A DNA stretch of 42,074 nucleotides from Patescibacteria group bacterium (GTDB lineage: Bacteria > Patescibacteriota > Saccharimonadia > CAILAD01 > BJGX01). The position numbers and the translations under genes are program-made. Location: positions 1-42,074 of the forward strand of contig SICB01000001.1 of assembly GCA_009691555.1 (NCBI GenBank). The letters are read 5' to 3'. Below, piece by piece: positions 8,991 to 18,419 of the stretch. The stretch's first letter is position 1, and each line of letters starts with the position of its first letter. Below the pieces are notes generated by a model, which was not told the origin of the DNA, searched no databases, and was given only the letters and a program-made list of their open reading frames with translations.

Positions 8991-10286
8991 ATGAAATTAA
9001 GCACAAAACTATATTTGATTGCCGCACTACTGGTCGTTCTTGTATTGCTGGCGCTACCCAGAGAAGACAAAATATTCTCGGCACTTGGCATCAAAGATAC
9101 CAGCCTCAAGCTGCGCCTCGGCCTGGACCTTCAGGGCGGTGCCAGCCTCACCTACCAGGCTGATTTGTCGAAGGTCTCGGCTCAAGACAAAGCCAAAGCC
9201 ATCGATGGGGTTATAAATGTCATCAACAAGCGTGTCAATTCCACCGGTACATCTGAGGTTGTGGTGCAAACATCCGGTATCGATCGAGTCAGCGTTCAGC
9301 TGCCTGGAGTAAAAGATGTCGATCAAGCAATCGGTCTCATCGGCAAGACCGCCCAACTGCAGTTTTTATCGGTTAGCCCCGAGGGCATTCCCGAAGACAC
9401 CGATATTAAGGCCGAAGACCTCGAGAGCGCCACAGCCGATATTAATATCGATAACGGCCAGCCTATCATATCTTTCCAGATGAAAGGTAGCGCCACCCAG
9501 AGATTCGCCGAGCTCACCAAGAATATCAACCGCCAGGGCGGTCGACTGCTGATAATTCTTGACAACGAACCGCTTTTTAACGGCACTGTCTCGACCCCTA
9601 TTACCGACGGCAAAGGGCAGATGTCGGGCTTTAAGGACTTAAAGGACGCCAAAGAAACTTCGCTGCTACTCAACGCCGGAGCTCTGCCAGTGCCTATTAG
9701 CCTAGTCGAGCAACGTGCGGTCGGAGCTAGCCTGGGGCAAGAATCCATTCAGCGCAGCTTATTTGCAGGCCTCATTGGCCTGGTTGCAGTACTAGTATTT
9801 ATGATTGCCTACTACCGCCTGGCAGGCCTGGTTGCTGCGGCAGCCCTGATCATCTACACTCTCATAACCATCGATATCTTTAAGCTTTCAGGCATCACCC
9901 AGTCGCCAATTGTTTTAACACTTGCGGGCATTGCCGGCTTCGTTTTGAGCATCGGAATGGCGGTCGATGCCAATATTCTAATATTTGAGCGTATGAAAGA
10001 AGAAATCCGTGCCGGCAGCTCGGTCGCTGTGGCGATGGACACTGGTTTCAAGCGGGCTTGGTCGAGCATTAGGGATTCAAATGTATCTACGCTAATTACC
10101 TGTACGATACTCTACATCTCTGGTATTCCGGTCATCAAAGGCTTCGCCATCACACTAGCAATTGGAGTGATAGTTAGCATGTTTACAGCCATCACGATAT
10201 CTAAGACCTTCATGCAAGCCGTGGTGCAAACCAAAATCGGCTCCAAGCCAAGCTCGTACCGTATCAAGGAGGAGACTATCCAATGA
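8991..10286 (+). CDS. secD: Protein translocase subunit SecD
   Basis: LGLDLQGG, GALPVP, IGMAVDANILIFER motifs. Confidence 0.97.
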   Translation: MKLSTKLYLIAALLVVLVLLALPREDKIFSALGIKDTSLKLRLGLDLQGGASLTYQADLSKVSAQDKAKAIDGVINVINKRVNSTGTSEVVVQTSGIDRVSVQLPGVKDVDQAIGLIGKTAQLQFLSVSPEGIPEDTDIKAEDLESATADINIDNGQPIISFQMKGSATQRFAELTKNINRQGGRLLIILDNEPLFNGTVSTPITDGKGQMSGFKDLKDAKETSLLLNAGALPVPISLVEQRAVGASLGQESIQRSLFAGLIGLVAVLVFMIAYYRLAGLVAAAALIIYTLITIDIFKLSGITQSPIVLTLAGIAGFVLSIGMAVDANILIFERMKEEIRAGSSVAVAMDTGFKRAWSSIRDSNVSTLITCTILYISGIPVIKGFAITLAIGVIVSMFTAITISKTFMQAVVQTKIGSKPSSYRIKEETIQ

Positions 10287-11194
10287 ACATCATCGGCAGG
10301 CGTAAACTATGGTTTATAATTTCGATACTATTGGTCTTGCCAGGAACAATCGCTCTAATTGTCTGGGGACTAAAGCCCGGCATAGACTTTACAGGCGGTC
10401 AAGAACTTGAAATCTCGGGGCAGGCCACGCAAACCCAGCTATATGATATAGTTGCAAAAGTCGGGGTCAAAGATATCACCGTAACAACCAGTGGTAGTGA
10501 CAGGCTAATTGTGCGCTACAGCGACCAAGGGCTCGATAAAGAGCTTGGCGACTCCCAGCAAATTAGACAAAACATCAAGGTCTTACTGGCCCAGCAAAAC
10601 CTCACCGAAACTTCATTTAGCTCAGTCGGGCCGGCCGTTAGTCGCGATATTACCAGAAGCGCAATTCTAGGAGTCGCAATGGCTTCGCTAGCGATATTAC
10701 TATATATTGCCTTCGCTTTTCGCAACACGCCGCCCCCCGTTAGCCCCTGGAGCTTCGGTGCTACGGCGCTTATTGCTCTTTTGCACGACGCCCTATTTGT
10801 GCTCGGCAGCTTCGCTATTTTAGGACACTTCTTTGGAGTCCAGGTTGATGCCTTGTTCGTGACGGCTCTCTTAACGACCATTGGCTTCTCGGTGCACGAT
10901 ACGATTGTGGTTTATGACAGAATCCGCGAAAACCTCCGACGCCTCAATAAGCCTTTCGAAGAGATCGTCAATATCTCTATTAACGAAACACTGGCTCGCT
11001 CACTCAATACCTCTATCACGGTAATTATAGTACTACTGGCATTTTACCTATTTGGTGGTGAGTCCATCAAACTCTTTATACTAGCCTTACTACTTGGTAT
11101 TGTGTCTGGTACTTTCTCTTCAATCTTTAATGCCTCACCACTCTTGGTGGTTTATAATAACTGGAAAATCAAAAAAGCCAAAGCTACTAAATAG
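10283..11194 (+). CDS. secF: Protein translocase subunit SecF
   Basis: GIDFTGG, GFSVHDTIVVYDRIRE motifs. Confidence 0.97.
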   Translation: MNIIGRRKLWFIISILLVLPGTIALIVWGLKPGIDFTGGQELEISGQATQTQLYDIVAKVGVKDITVTTSGSDRLIVRYSDQGLDKELGDSQQIRQNIKVLLAQQNLTETSFSSVGPAVSRDITRSAILGVAMASLAILLYIAFAFRNTPPPVSPWSFGATALIALLHDALFVLGSFAILGHFFGVQVDALFVTALLTTIGFSVHDTIVVYDRIRENLRRLNKPFEEIVNISINETLARSLNTSITVIIVLLAFYLFGGESIKLFILALLLGIVSGTFSSIFNASPLLVVYNNWKIKKAKATK

Positions 11195-11702
11195 TTACTG
11201 CGCCGACGGTGAGCATGTAGGCTATAAAGAAGGCTGCCAGCAGCACCATCACAATGAGGCCTACCAAAATCCAGGTCGATGAGTTGTTTTTGGCAATCAT
11301 CGGCGCAAGAATTACATCATCTGCCGGTGTCGGACTCTGGTTATTGGCAGGGCCACTAGAGTCTAGGATGCCACTGATACATTGGATACCATCAACCCCA
11401 GAGCTGGGCTCGTGGCTATGGGGTGGAGGCAATTCTGGTACCATCAGCCTTTTTAGGGTGGCCTGAAGCTTATTGTCGGGTAATACGCGACTACTAGCCT
11501 CGCTTGGTTGGCCGGGTAGGGGGTTAGCGATATGCACAGGCATCGGCGACGGATTAGAGAGATGCACGGGCATTGGCGACGGGTTAGCGGGCATCAGGCC
11601 GGTATCGGTGTAAAAGCGCTGTACGCCCCCGCAATTAGAGCACAAATAGCCCACCAAGCTTGGTGTCATAGTCGAATTGCATTCTGGGCAGTATCTATCC
11701 AT
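11187..11702 (-). CDS. Hypothetical protein: N-terminal zinc ribbon, Pro-rich linker, C-terminal TM helix
   Basis: CPEC...CSNC; NPSPMPVH repeats; hydrophobic C-terminus. Confidence 0.7.
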   Translation of the reverse strand: MDRYCPECNSTMTPSLVGYLCSNCGGVQRFYTDTGLMPANPSPMPVHLSNPSPMPVHIANPLPGQPSEASSRVLPDNKLQATLKRLMVPELPPPHSHEPSSGVDGIQCISGILDSSGPANNQSPTPADDVILAPMIAKNNSSTWILVGLIVMVLLAAFFIAYMLTVGAVTI

Positions 11703-11811
11703 TCATGTGTTTTTTATTATGCTAATAATTTTAACACAAAAGTTATGCTTCAAAAAGTGTTGTTATTTTTACCGAGTTGTTATAAACTAGTATCAACAGA
11801 GGTAAAAACAA

Positions 11812-12084
11812 ATGTTGCAGTATTTCATCACTTCCAAGACCAGACGCAAGATAGTTACGCTTTTTAGTAAGTATCCAGATTATCGCGTTCATATCCGGGG
11901 GTTAGCAAAAATTACCAGAGAAGATCCCGGCAACATCAGCCGAGAGCTAGCAAGGCTCGAAAAAATCGGCTACCTAAAGGCCTACAAAGATGCCAACACC
12001 AAGGTCTATGGAGTCAATCAAAACTTCATTTTATTTAAGGATTTGCAGAGCATGGTGCTAAAGACATCCAACAAGAGGTCGTGA
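11812..12084 (+). CDS. Winged helix-turn-helix protein (ArsR/MarR-like)
   Basis: SKTRRKIV..IRGLAK..GNISRELARLEKIGYL pattern; GAGG SD upstream. Confidence 0.8.
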   Translation: MLQYFITSKTRRKIVTLFSKYPDYRVHIRGLAKITREDPGNISRELARLEKIGYLKAYKDANTKVYGVNQNFILFKDLQSMVLKTSNKRS

Positions 12085-12150
12085 TGTAGGGTGCTTCCGA
12101 GGACAGAAAATAAAAACAAAAAATAAAAAACAAAAGAGAGGTAGAAAAAA

Positions 12151-12324
12151 ATGAAACAAATACAAAAAATAATTAAAACAGTCCGCTATCGAGACTTTAT
12201 ATTTGCCAAGCAATCCAAGCTCGACGACACCGAGCGATTTTTGCAAGAGGGTCGTAGGCAGTATGTTGCTAGTGTGCCCGCTGGCTTCAAGGCCAGATCT
12301 GGCTCAGACTTTTTTATGCAATAA
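12151..12324 (+). CDS. Small hypothetical protein, 57 aa (below ORF-track cutoff)
   Basis: GAGAGG SD then ATG; reads MKQIQKIIKTVRYRDFIFAKQSKLDDTERFLQEGRRQYVASVPAGFKARSGSDFFMQ. Confidence 0.6.
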   Translation: MKQIQKIIKTVRYRDFIFAKQSKLDDTERFLQEGRRQYVASVPAGFKARSGSDFFMQ

Positions 12325-12377
12325 TTTTTTTGTAGGCTACTTTCGTATTTTAGACTGATATAGTTTAGACTAGGTTT

Positions 12378-14057
12378 ATGCAGAAAATACTTTGGGATAG
12401 CTCGTCGGCTATTGAGCTCTCTAGCGAGTCCAGCATCACAAACCAGCTTCTTAAAAAGCGCGGCCTAACCTCCGCTCAGGCCGAGACTTTTTTGAAACCA
12501 GATTACGACAAGGGCCTGACCGACCCATTTGTGCTATCGGGTATGACCAAGGCCGTGGCCAGAATCGTTCGGGCAGTCAACAAAAAAGAAAAAATTGTAA
12601 TCTATGGCGATTACGACATCGACGGCCTGAGCTCCTCGGCGCTTCTCTATGACGCCTTTATGGCGATGGGAGTAAAGGTATCGCTCTATATTCCAGATAG
12701 GTTCGAAGAAGGCTACGGACTCAACTCTAGTGCCATCGAAAAACTCAAGAAACAACAAAACGACTTAATTATTACGGTCGATTGTGGTACTACGGCTCAT
12801 CTTCAGGCTAAAACAGCCAAAGATGTCGGTATCGATTTGATTATTACCGACCACCACGAGCCAGACGGCGGCGCACCAAAGGGAATTGTAGCTTGTGTCA
12901 ATCCGAAACTCGACAAAGATAGCCCGCTGCGCGATTTGGCAGGTGTCGGAGTGGCATTTTATTTGGTGCGGGCGATTGCTATAAAAACCCAGCTAATCGA
13001 TGCCGGACAAGAGAAGTGGCTACTAGATTTGGTGGCTCTTGGTACAATTTGCGATGTCGTTCCGCTGACTAACGATAATAGAGTTTTGGCGAGCTACGGG
13101 CTTAAAGTGCTCAGGAAGACCCGCCGCCTAGGGCTGATAGCTTTGGCCGATAGCTGCGCGATGGATATTGAATCCGCCAGCGAGACAGATTTGGGTTTCA
13201 AGATTGGCCCTAGGCTCAATGCGGCCGGACGCCTAGCTCATGCCAAAAAGGCACTTGACTTGCTAACCAGCAGCGATGCCGTGCAGGCCAAGGCAATCGC
13301 TCTAGAGCTAGGAGAGCTCAACGCCACCAGGCAAGAGGACACCAAAAATATCTTGGCTGGCTGTATTGAGCAAGCCAAAGAGTATAAAAAAGAGCCAATT
13401 TTGGTGCTTTCGAGCCCCGACTGGTCACACGGGGTGGTCGGTATAGTAGCCAGTAAAATATCTGAAAAATGGCACAAGCCGACCATAATTTTGCAGGAAC
13501 TAGGCGAACTATCGAAAGGTTCGGCCCGGAGCTATGGCTCATTTGATATCATAGCAGCCATTCGTAGCTGCGAAGGGTTTTTAGAGAGCTGCGGTGGGCA
13601 CAGCTTTGCGGCTGGCCTAAAACTTCGGACCGATCGAATCCAAGAGCTGCGCTATCGGATCAATCAGTATGCCATAGCCAATATGGACGCCAAGAATAAT
13701 TTTAAAACAATCCAAATTGGTATCAACCTGACTGCTAGCGGCGCCAATATTGCCCTGTACGACGAAATCAATAAACTAGCTCCCTTTGGTAGCGCCAACA
13801 AAAAACCGCACTTACACTCAATATATGTCGTGGAGCAAGTCAGGCTGGTCGGTAGCGACGCCTCGCACCTCAGGCTGCAGCTGGTTGACTCAGCTGGAGG
13901 CAAGCACACTGCAATTGGCTTTAGTATGGCTAGCGCCTACCGCTGGCTAGAAACAGGCCAAACAATCGAACTAGTCTTTGCGCTCTCCGAAAATATTTGG
14001 CAAAACCGTCGCAACCACCAATTAGAGATAATTGATATTAAGCTTTACGAACACTAA
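12378..14057 (+). CDS. recJ: Single-stranded-DNA exonuclease RecJ
   Basis: YGDYDIDG, TVDCG, TDHH, GGHSFAAG (DHH family). Confidence 0.97.
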   Translation: MQKILWDSSSAIELSSESSITNQLLKKRGLTSAQAETFLKPDYDKGLTDPFVLSGMTKAVARIVRAVNKKEKIVIYGDYDIDGLSSSALLYDAFMAMGVKVSLYIPDRFEEGYGLNSSAIEKLKKQQNDLIITVDCGTTAHLQAKTAKDVGIDLIITDHHEPDGGAPKGIVACVNPKLDKDSPLRDLAGVGVAFYLVRAIAIKTQLIDAGQEKWLLDLVALGTICDVVPLTNDNRVLASYGLKVLRKTRRLGLIALADSCAMDIESASETDLGFKIGPRLNAAGRLAHAKKALDLLTSSDAVQAKAIALELGELNATRQEDTKNILAGCIEQAKEYKKEPILVLSSPDWSHGVVGIVASKISEKWHKPTIILQELGELSKGSARSYGSFDIIAAIRSCEGFLESCGGHSFAAGLKLRTDRIQELRYRINQYAIANMDAKNNFKTIQIGINLTASGANIALYDEINKLAPFGSANKKPHLHSIYVVEQVRLVGSDASHLRLQLVDSAGGKHTAIGFSMASAYRWLETGQTIELVFALSENIWQNRRNHQLEIIDIKLYEH

Positions 14058-14264
14058 AATTGTTCTTTAGTGTTGAACAATGCAGTTGCAACATACATAA
14101 TCAATCTGATAATAGCGCGAACTGGTAGTCTGTATTAATACAATAAAGTACTCAAAAAAAATATTACAGATAGCAACTACATATTGTATCTGTTAATGTG
14201 ATATTAAATAAATTGTTCAGTTTGTTTATTTGTTGAATTGCTTATTTGTCGCTAAAATATAACT

Positions 14265-15533
14265 ATGTCAGAAATAAAGTACCAAAAGCCTCGTGGTATG
14301 CAAGATATCTTGCCGGCCGATCAACTGCTCTGGTCTCGTATCGTGGAGGCCTATGTCGATATCTGCCAATCTGCTGGGGTCGATAAGATATCAACTCCGA
14401 TCATCGAATCGACCGCGCTTTTCACGATGGCCGTCGGTGAAGAAACAGAAGTCGTCAGTAAAGAGATGTACAGCTTTAGCGATCGCTCCGACAACAGCCT
14501 AACGCTCAAGCCAGAGAGCACTGCCGGTGTTGTTCGGGCTTATATTGAAAACGGCATGAATAGCCTTCCAAAACCCGTCGAGCTGTATTATATTGAGCCA
14601 CACTTCAGGTACGAGAGGCCACAGGCCGGACGCTATCGTCAGCATCACCAGCTCGGTATCGAAATATTTGGCGACTCAACAGTTAGCAGTGATGTGCATG
14701 TCATTGGTCTGGGAGTTAGGCTTTTTAACCGTCTTGGAATCAATCAACAGGTAGCAATTAATAGCATCGGCTCGTCTGAGGACCGCCGGAAATACATCGA
14801 AGTCTTACAGGCGTACTTCAAGAAGTACCTGAATGATTTGCCAGAAATAAACAAGAGACAACTCAAAACCAATCCGCTACGTATTCTCGATAGCAAAGAG
14901 CCAGCCGTAATTCGGCTTATCGAAGACTCACCACATATCCTAGACTATCTGTCTCCAGAGTCTTCGGCTCGATTTGCCAAGATTTTGGAGCTACTAGAAA
15001 ATTGCGGAATACAATATCAGCTCAATAGCCGCCTGGTGAGGGGCCTGGATTACTACAATGACACCGTTTTTGAATTTGTTACCGAAAACGAATCTTCAGG
15101 CGATAGTATTGGTGGAGGTGGACGATACGACACCCTCGTGAAACGCATGGGTGGAGTCGAAACACCGGCTGTCGGTATGGGTATCGGTATCGAAAGAATC
15201 AAGCTCGAGCTGGAGCGCATGGGTACTATTCCAAGTGTAACGCCACCCGATATATTCGTTGTGGCGATTGGCAAAGATGCGTCTGACACGGCTCAGGTAG
15301 TGCGCGAGATGTTGCTCAATGAAGGCTTTAAGGTTAGGGCTAATTTCTCTAAAAAGTCGATGGCCGACCAGCTGGCCCTAGCTAACAAGTGCCAGGCCAA
15401 ATACGCCGTAGTTATCGGCGACCGCGAGGCCAAACTCAAAGAGGTAATCATTAAAGACCTGGCGAGCGGTAATCAGCAGGTCGATAAACAAGACAAACTT
15501 GTCGAAACCCTTAAGATGATGACTGGCTCTTGA
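14265..15533 (+). CDS. hisS: Histidine--tRNA ligase
   Basis: PRGMQD, FRYERPQAGRYRQ, LVRGLDYY, GGGRYD motifs. Confidence 0.98.
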   Translation: MSEIKYQKPRGMQDILPADQLLWSRIVEAYVDICQSAGVDKISTPIIESTALFTMAVGEETEVVSKEMYSFSDRSDNSLTLKPESTAGVVRAYIENGMNSLPKPVELYYIEPHFRYERPQAGRYRQHHQLGIEIFGDSTVSSDVHVIGLGVRLFNRLGINQQVAINSIGSSEDRRKYIEVLQAYFKKYLNDLPEINKRQLKTNPLRILDSKEPAVIRLIEDSPHILDYLSPESSARFAKILELLENCGIQYQLNSRLVRGLDYYNDTVFEFVTENESSGDSIGGGGRYDTLVKRMGGVETPAVGMGIGIERIKLELERMGTIPSVTPPDIFVVAIGKDASDTAQVVREMLLNEGFKVRANFSKKSMADQLALANKCQAKYAVVIGDREAKLKEVIIKDLASGNQQVDKQDKLVETLKMMTGS

Positions 15534-15615
15534 GTTTTTGGGCGTTTTCAGATATAATTATACGGATTTAAAAATATTTTAATAACTTACAATCAATAAT
15601 TTAAAGGAGCATCAA

Positions 15616-15825
15616 TTGTTACAAGTTACAAGAAAAGACGACGAATCGGTAGAGAACCTAGTAAGACGCTTTAATAAAAAGGTCATCCAATCTGGTATAT
15701 TGACCACTGCGCGCCAAAGAAAGTATTTTCAAAAGCCGATATCAAAGACCGAGGCACGAGTAGTTGCCATCCGAAAACGAGCTCGTAAAGAGCAGAAAAT
15801 GCGCGAACTAATCGGTACAAGATAG
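15616..15825 (+). CDS. rpsU: 30S ribosomal protein S21
   Basis: Basic 69 aa with ESVENLVRRF...YFQKP; AAGGAG SD and TTG start; precedes yqeY. Confidence 0.88.
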   Translation: MLQVTRKDDESVENLVRRFNKKVIQSGILTTARQRKYFQKPISKTEARVVAIRKRARKEQKMRELIGTR

Positions 15826-16268
15826 TGGACTTGATCACGCAGCTCGAATCTGACATTGGGGATGCTATGAAATTGCGCGACGAAGTCCGCACTACCACCC
15901 TGCGCTTGCTCAAAAGCTCACTCAAGAATTATCAGATAGAGCTGGGCCACGACCTGACAATGCAAGAGGCACTTGCGGTGTTACAAAAGGAAGCAAAAAA
16001 ATGTCAGGATTCGATCAACCAATTTGATAGCGCCGGTCGTCAAGACCTCGTCGATGAAGAGCGCAGCGAACTAGATATAATCAAAAAGTACTTGCCCGAG
16101 CAGATGAGCGAGGACGCCGTCGCAAAAGTCGTCACTGAGGCCATCGCCGAGCTCGGCGCTAGTTCCCCAGCCGATATGGGCAAAGTCATAGCGCTGGTTC
16201 GTCAAAAAACGGCTGGTCAGGCTGATGGCAGCCTAATCGCTGAGCTGACCAAGCAAAAGTTGTCTTAG
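15825..16268 (+). CDS. GatB/YqeY domain protein
   Basis: AMK..LR.LKS, AGRQDL..E..E..II..YLP, DMGKVI motifs. Confidence 0.92.
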   Translation: MDLITQLESDIGDAMKLRDEVRTTTLRLLKSSLKNYQIELGHDLTMQEALAVLQKEAKKCQDSINQFDSAGRQDLVDEERSELDIIKKYLPEQMSEDAVAKVVTEAIAELGASSPADMGKVIALVRQKTAGQADGSLIAELTKQKLS

Positions 16269-16273
16269 CCGCT

Positions 16274-16723
16274 ATGCCGCTTATCTACAATACCGAAGGC
16301 AAGTCGCTACTATCGCCCCCACAGCTAAAAAAAATAGCCCGTGCTATCGAGCAATTTATTGCAAAATCAAATACAGCCGAGGTTGGAGTTGCCTTTGTGA
16401 GCTCCGATCGTAGCCAGGAGCTCAATAAGCGCTACTCGGGGCGCGACTACCCAACCGATGTCTTGAGTTTTGAGTACCAACCGACGCCAGAGAATCCTAC
16501 GATTGGCGATATTGCAATCTGCGCTAGTCTTGCCAAATCGCAGGCGGCTAGGCACGAGATTGCCCTAGAGGCCGAGCTGGCCCTGCTTTTGGTGCATGGC
16601 ACACTGCACTTATTGGGCCATGATCACCAAGACCAAAGCCAAATAGCTAGCCTAGATAAGCTCCAAAGTGATATCATGGAATCATTAGATTATAAATATA
16701 GGGATTTCAAATGGTCACAGTAG
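16274..16723 (+). CDS. ybeY: rRNA maturation endoribonuclease YbeY
   Basis: PTDVLSF and HGTLHLLGHDH motifs. Confidence 0.95.
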   Translation: MPLIYNTEGKSLLSPPQLKKIARAIEQFIAKSNTAEVGVAFVSSDRSQELNKRYSGRDYPTDVLSFEYQPTPENPTIGDIAICASLAKSQAARHEIALEAELALLLVHGTLHLLGHDHQDQSQIASLDKLQSDIMESLDYKYRDFKWSQ

Positions 16724-17082
16724 CAAGTTTTAAATATGCCTTTAGGGGCCTGGGCGCAGTAATTAGCTCAGAGCGTAACGCCAAGATTCACCTTGGATTT
16801 GCGATATTGGCTATCTTTCTTTCTGTGGTGTTGAGAGTCAGCGCGCTGGAGTTTCTGTTTGTCTTTAGCTCAATCGTGATGGTCTTTTTTTCAGAAATCG
16901 TCAATACCTCTATCGAAAAATCACTAGATTTGATTAGCCAAGAAAATAACCACCTCGTACAACTGATTAAGGATATGATGGCTGCTGCGGTGCTAGTAAC
17001 GGCGCTCGGTGCGGTCGTGGTGGCTGGAGTGGTGTTTGGACCCAGGTTCTACCAGCTCTTAATCGGCCTGATAAACAAATGA
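16711..17082 (+). CDS. dgkA: Diacylglycerol/undecaprenol kinase (DgkA family)
   Basis: SFKYAFRG, ERN, EIVNTSIE, KDMMAAAV; follows ybeY. Confidence 0.9.
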   Translation: MVTVASFKYAFRGLGAVISSERNAKIHLGFAILAIFLSVVLRVSALEFLFVFSSIVMVFFSEIVNTSIEKSLDLISQENNHLVQLIKDMMAAAVLVTALGAVVVAGVVFGPRFYQLLIGLINK

Positions 17083-17624
17083 AGCAGCTGGTAGTTGTTA
17101 TTGGTTTGCCTGGGTCTGGCAAAGACACCCAGATAGGTCTATTGCAGAGGCTCCGTAAAGTCGAAGTTGTCCGGATAGGCGACTTGATCCGCGAGCAAGC
17201 CAAAACTAATACTTCGATAAGCCACGCCCTACGCAGTGGCAGCCTAGTCGATTACGACCTCGTAAATAAGATTGTCCAACAGGAGATCGAAAGTTTTGCA
17301 GATGATAGCATCATTATATCGGACGGTTTCCCAAGAGATACCGACCAAGCCGATTGGATGGAGACCTATGCTGGCACTCACAAGATAGCGATAATAAGCT
17401 ATATATTGCTCGACATCTCCGACCAAGAATCGCTTCAGCGTTTGCTAAAGAGAGGCCGAGCGGACGATACGGAGCCTATTATCAGGCGTCGTATTGAGGG
17501 TTTTCATAATCTCACCGACAAGGTCATTGAAGCCGCCAAGAGCCACGATAAATTTGCAAGAGTTGATGCCACTGGCAGTCCCGAAGTGGTCTTTGAGAGA
17601 CTTAGGAAAGCCCTAGGATGGTAG
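17079..17624 (+). CDS. adk: Adenylate kinase family (short lid)
   Basis: GLPGSGK, GDLIR, DGFPR, RGRADD motifs. Confidence 0.88.
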   Translation: MKQLVVVIGLPGSGKDTQIGLLQRLRKVEVVRIGDLIREQAKTNTSISHALRSGSLVDYDLVNKIVQQEIESFADDSIIISDGFPRDTDQADWMETYAGTHKIAIISYILLDISDQESLQRLLKRGRADDTEPIIRRRIEGFHNLTDKVIEAAKSHDKFARVDATGSPEVVFERLRKALGW

Positions 17625-17628
17625 CCTA

Positions 17629-18378
17629 GTGCTGAAAAATAAAATCAAATCAGCAAAAGAGCTTAAAAATATCCGTCTCAGTGGAGAGATATTGACATCG
17701 GTTCTGGACATTCTGGTTGCCTCTGCCAAAGCCGGTGTAACTAGCCTAGAGCTTGATGCTATCGCCGAAAAAGAAACCATTGCCCGAGGTGCTAAGCCAG
17801 CATTTTTGGGCTATCAGGGCTTTCCGGGCCGGGTTTGTGTATCGGTCAATAACGAAATCGTTCATGCCATACCCAACGACCGCAAATTACAAACCGGCGA
17901 CCTTGTCGGTATCGACTACGGTGTTAGCTATAATGGCATGATCACCGATGCAGCTCGCACCATTAGCCTCGGTAAGCCGTCGCGTGACGGGCTGATGCTA
18001 CTCGAGGGTTGCTACGAGGCTTTGCAAGACGCCCTAAAAGTTATCAAACCTGGAGCTCGGGTTGGCGATGTTAGCTCGGCTATTGAACACCAACTAAGAA
18101 AGCACAACTTGAAGCCAATCTATAGCCTTACTGGTCATGGCGTTGGTCACGAACTGCACGAAGACCCCGTGATACCCAATTACGGCAATGCTGGCAGCGG
18201 CGAGGTTCTAAAAGCTGGTATGACCATCGCTATTGAGCCAATCGCATCGACCGGAACCAACGATTTGTATCTGGCTGACGACGGCTGGACTTATATGACC
18301 CGAGACGGCTCATTGAGCGCTCAGTTCGAAAATACCATTCTCATTACAAAAGCTGGCTGCGAGGTAATTGCCAGCTAA
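17629..18378 (+). CDS. map: Methionine aminopeptidase type I
   Basis: SVNNEIVH, GHGVG..LHEDP, AIEP, SAQFE motifs. Confidence 0.96.
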   Translation: MLKNKIKSAKELKNIRLSGEILTSVLDILVASAKAGVTSLELDAIAEKETIARGAKPAFLGYQGFPGRVCVSVNNEIVHAIPNDRKLQTGDLVGIDYGVSYNGMITDAARTISLGKPSRDGLMLLEGCYEALQDALKVIKPGARVGDVSSAIEHQLRKHNLKPIYSLTGHGVGHELHEDPVIPNYGNAGSGEVLKAGMTIAIEPIASTGTNDLYLADDGWTYMTRDGSLSAQFENTILITKAGCEVIAS

Positions 18379-18419
18379 TATTTGAATATTACACCTTACT
18401 TGAAGTATAATAGCTGTAT

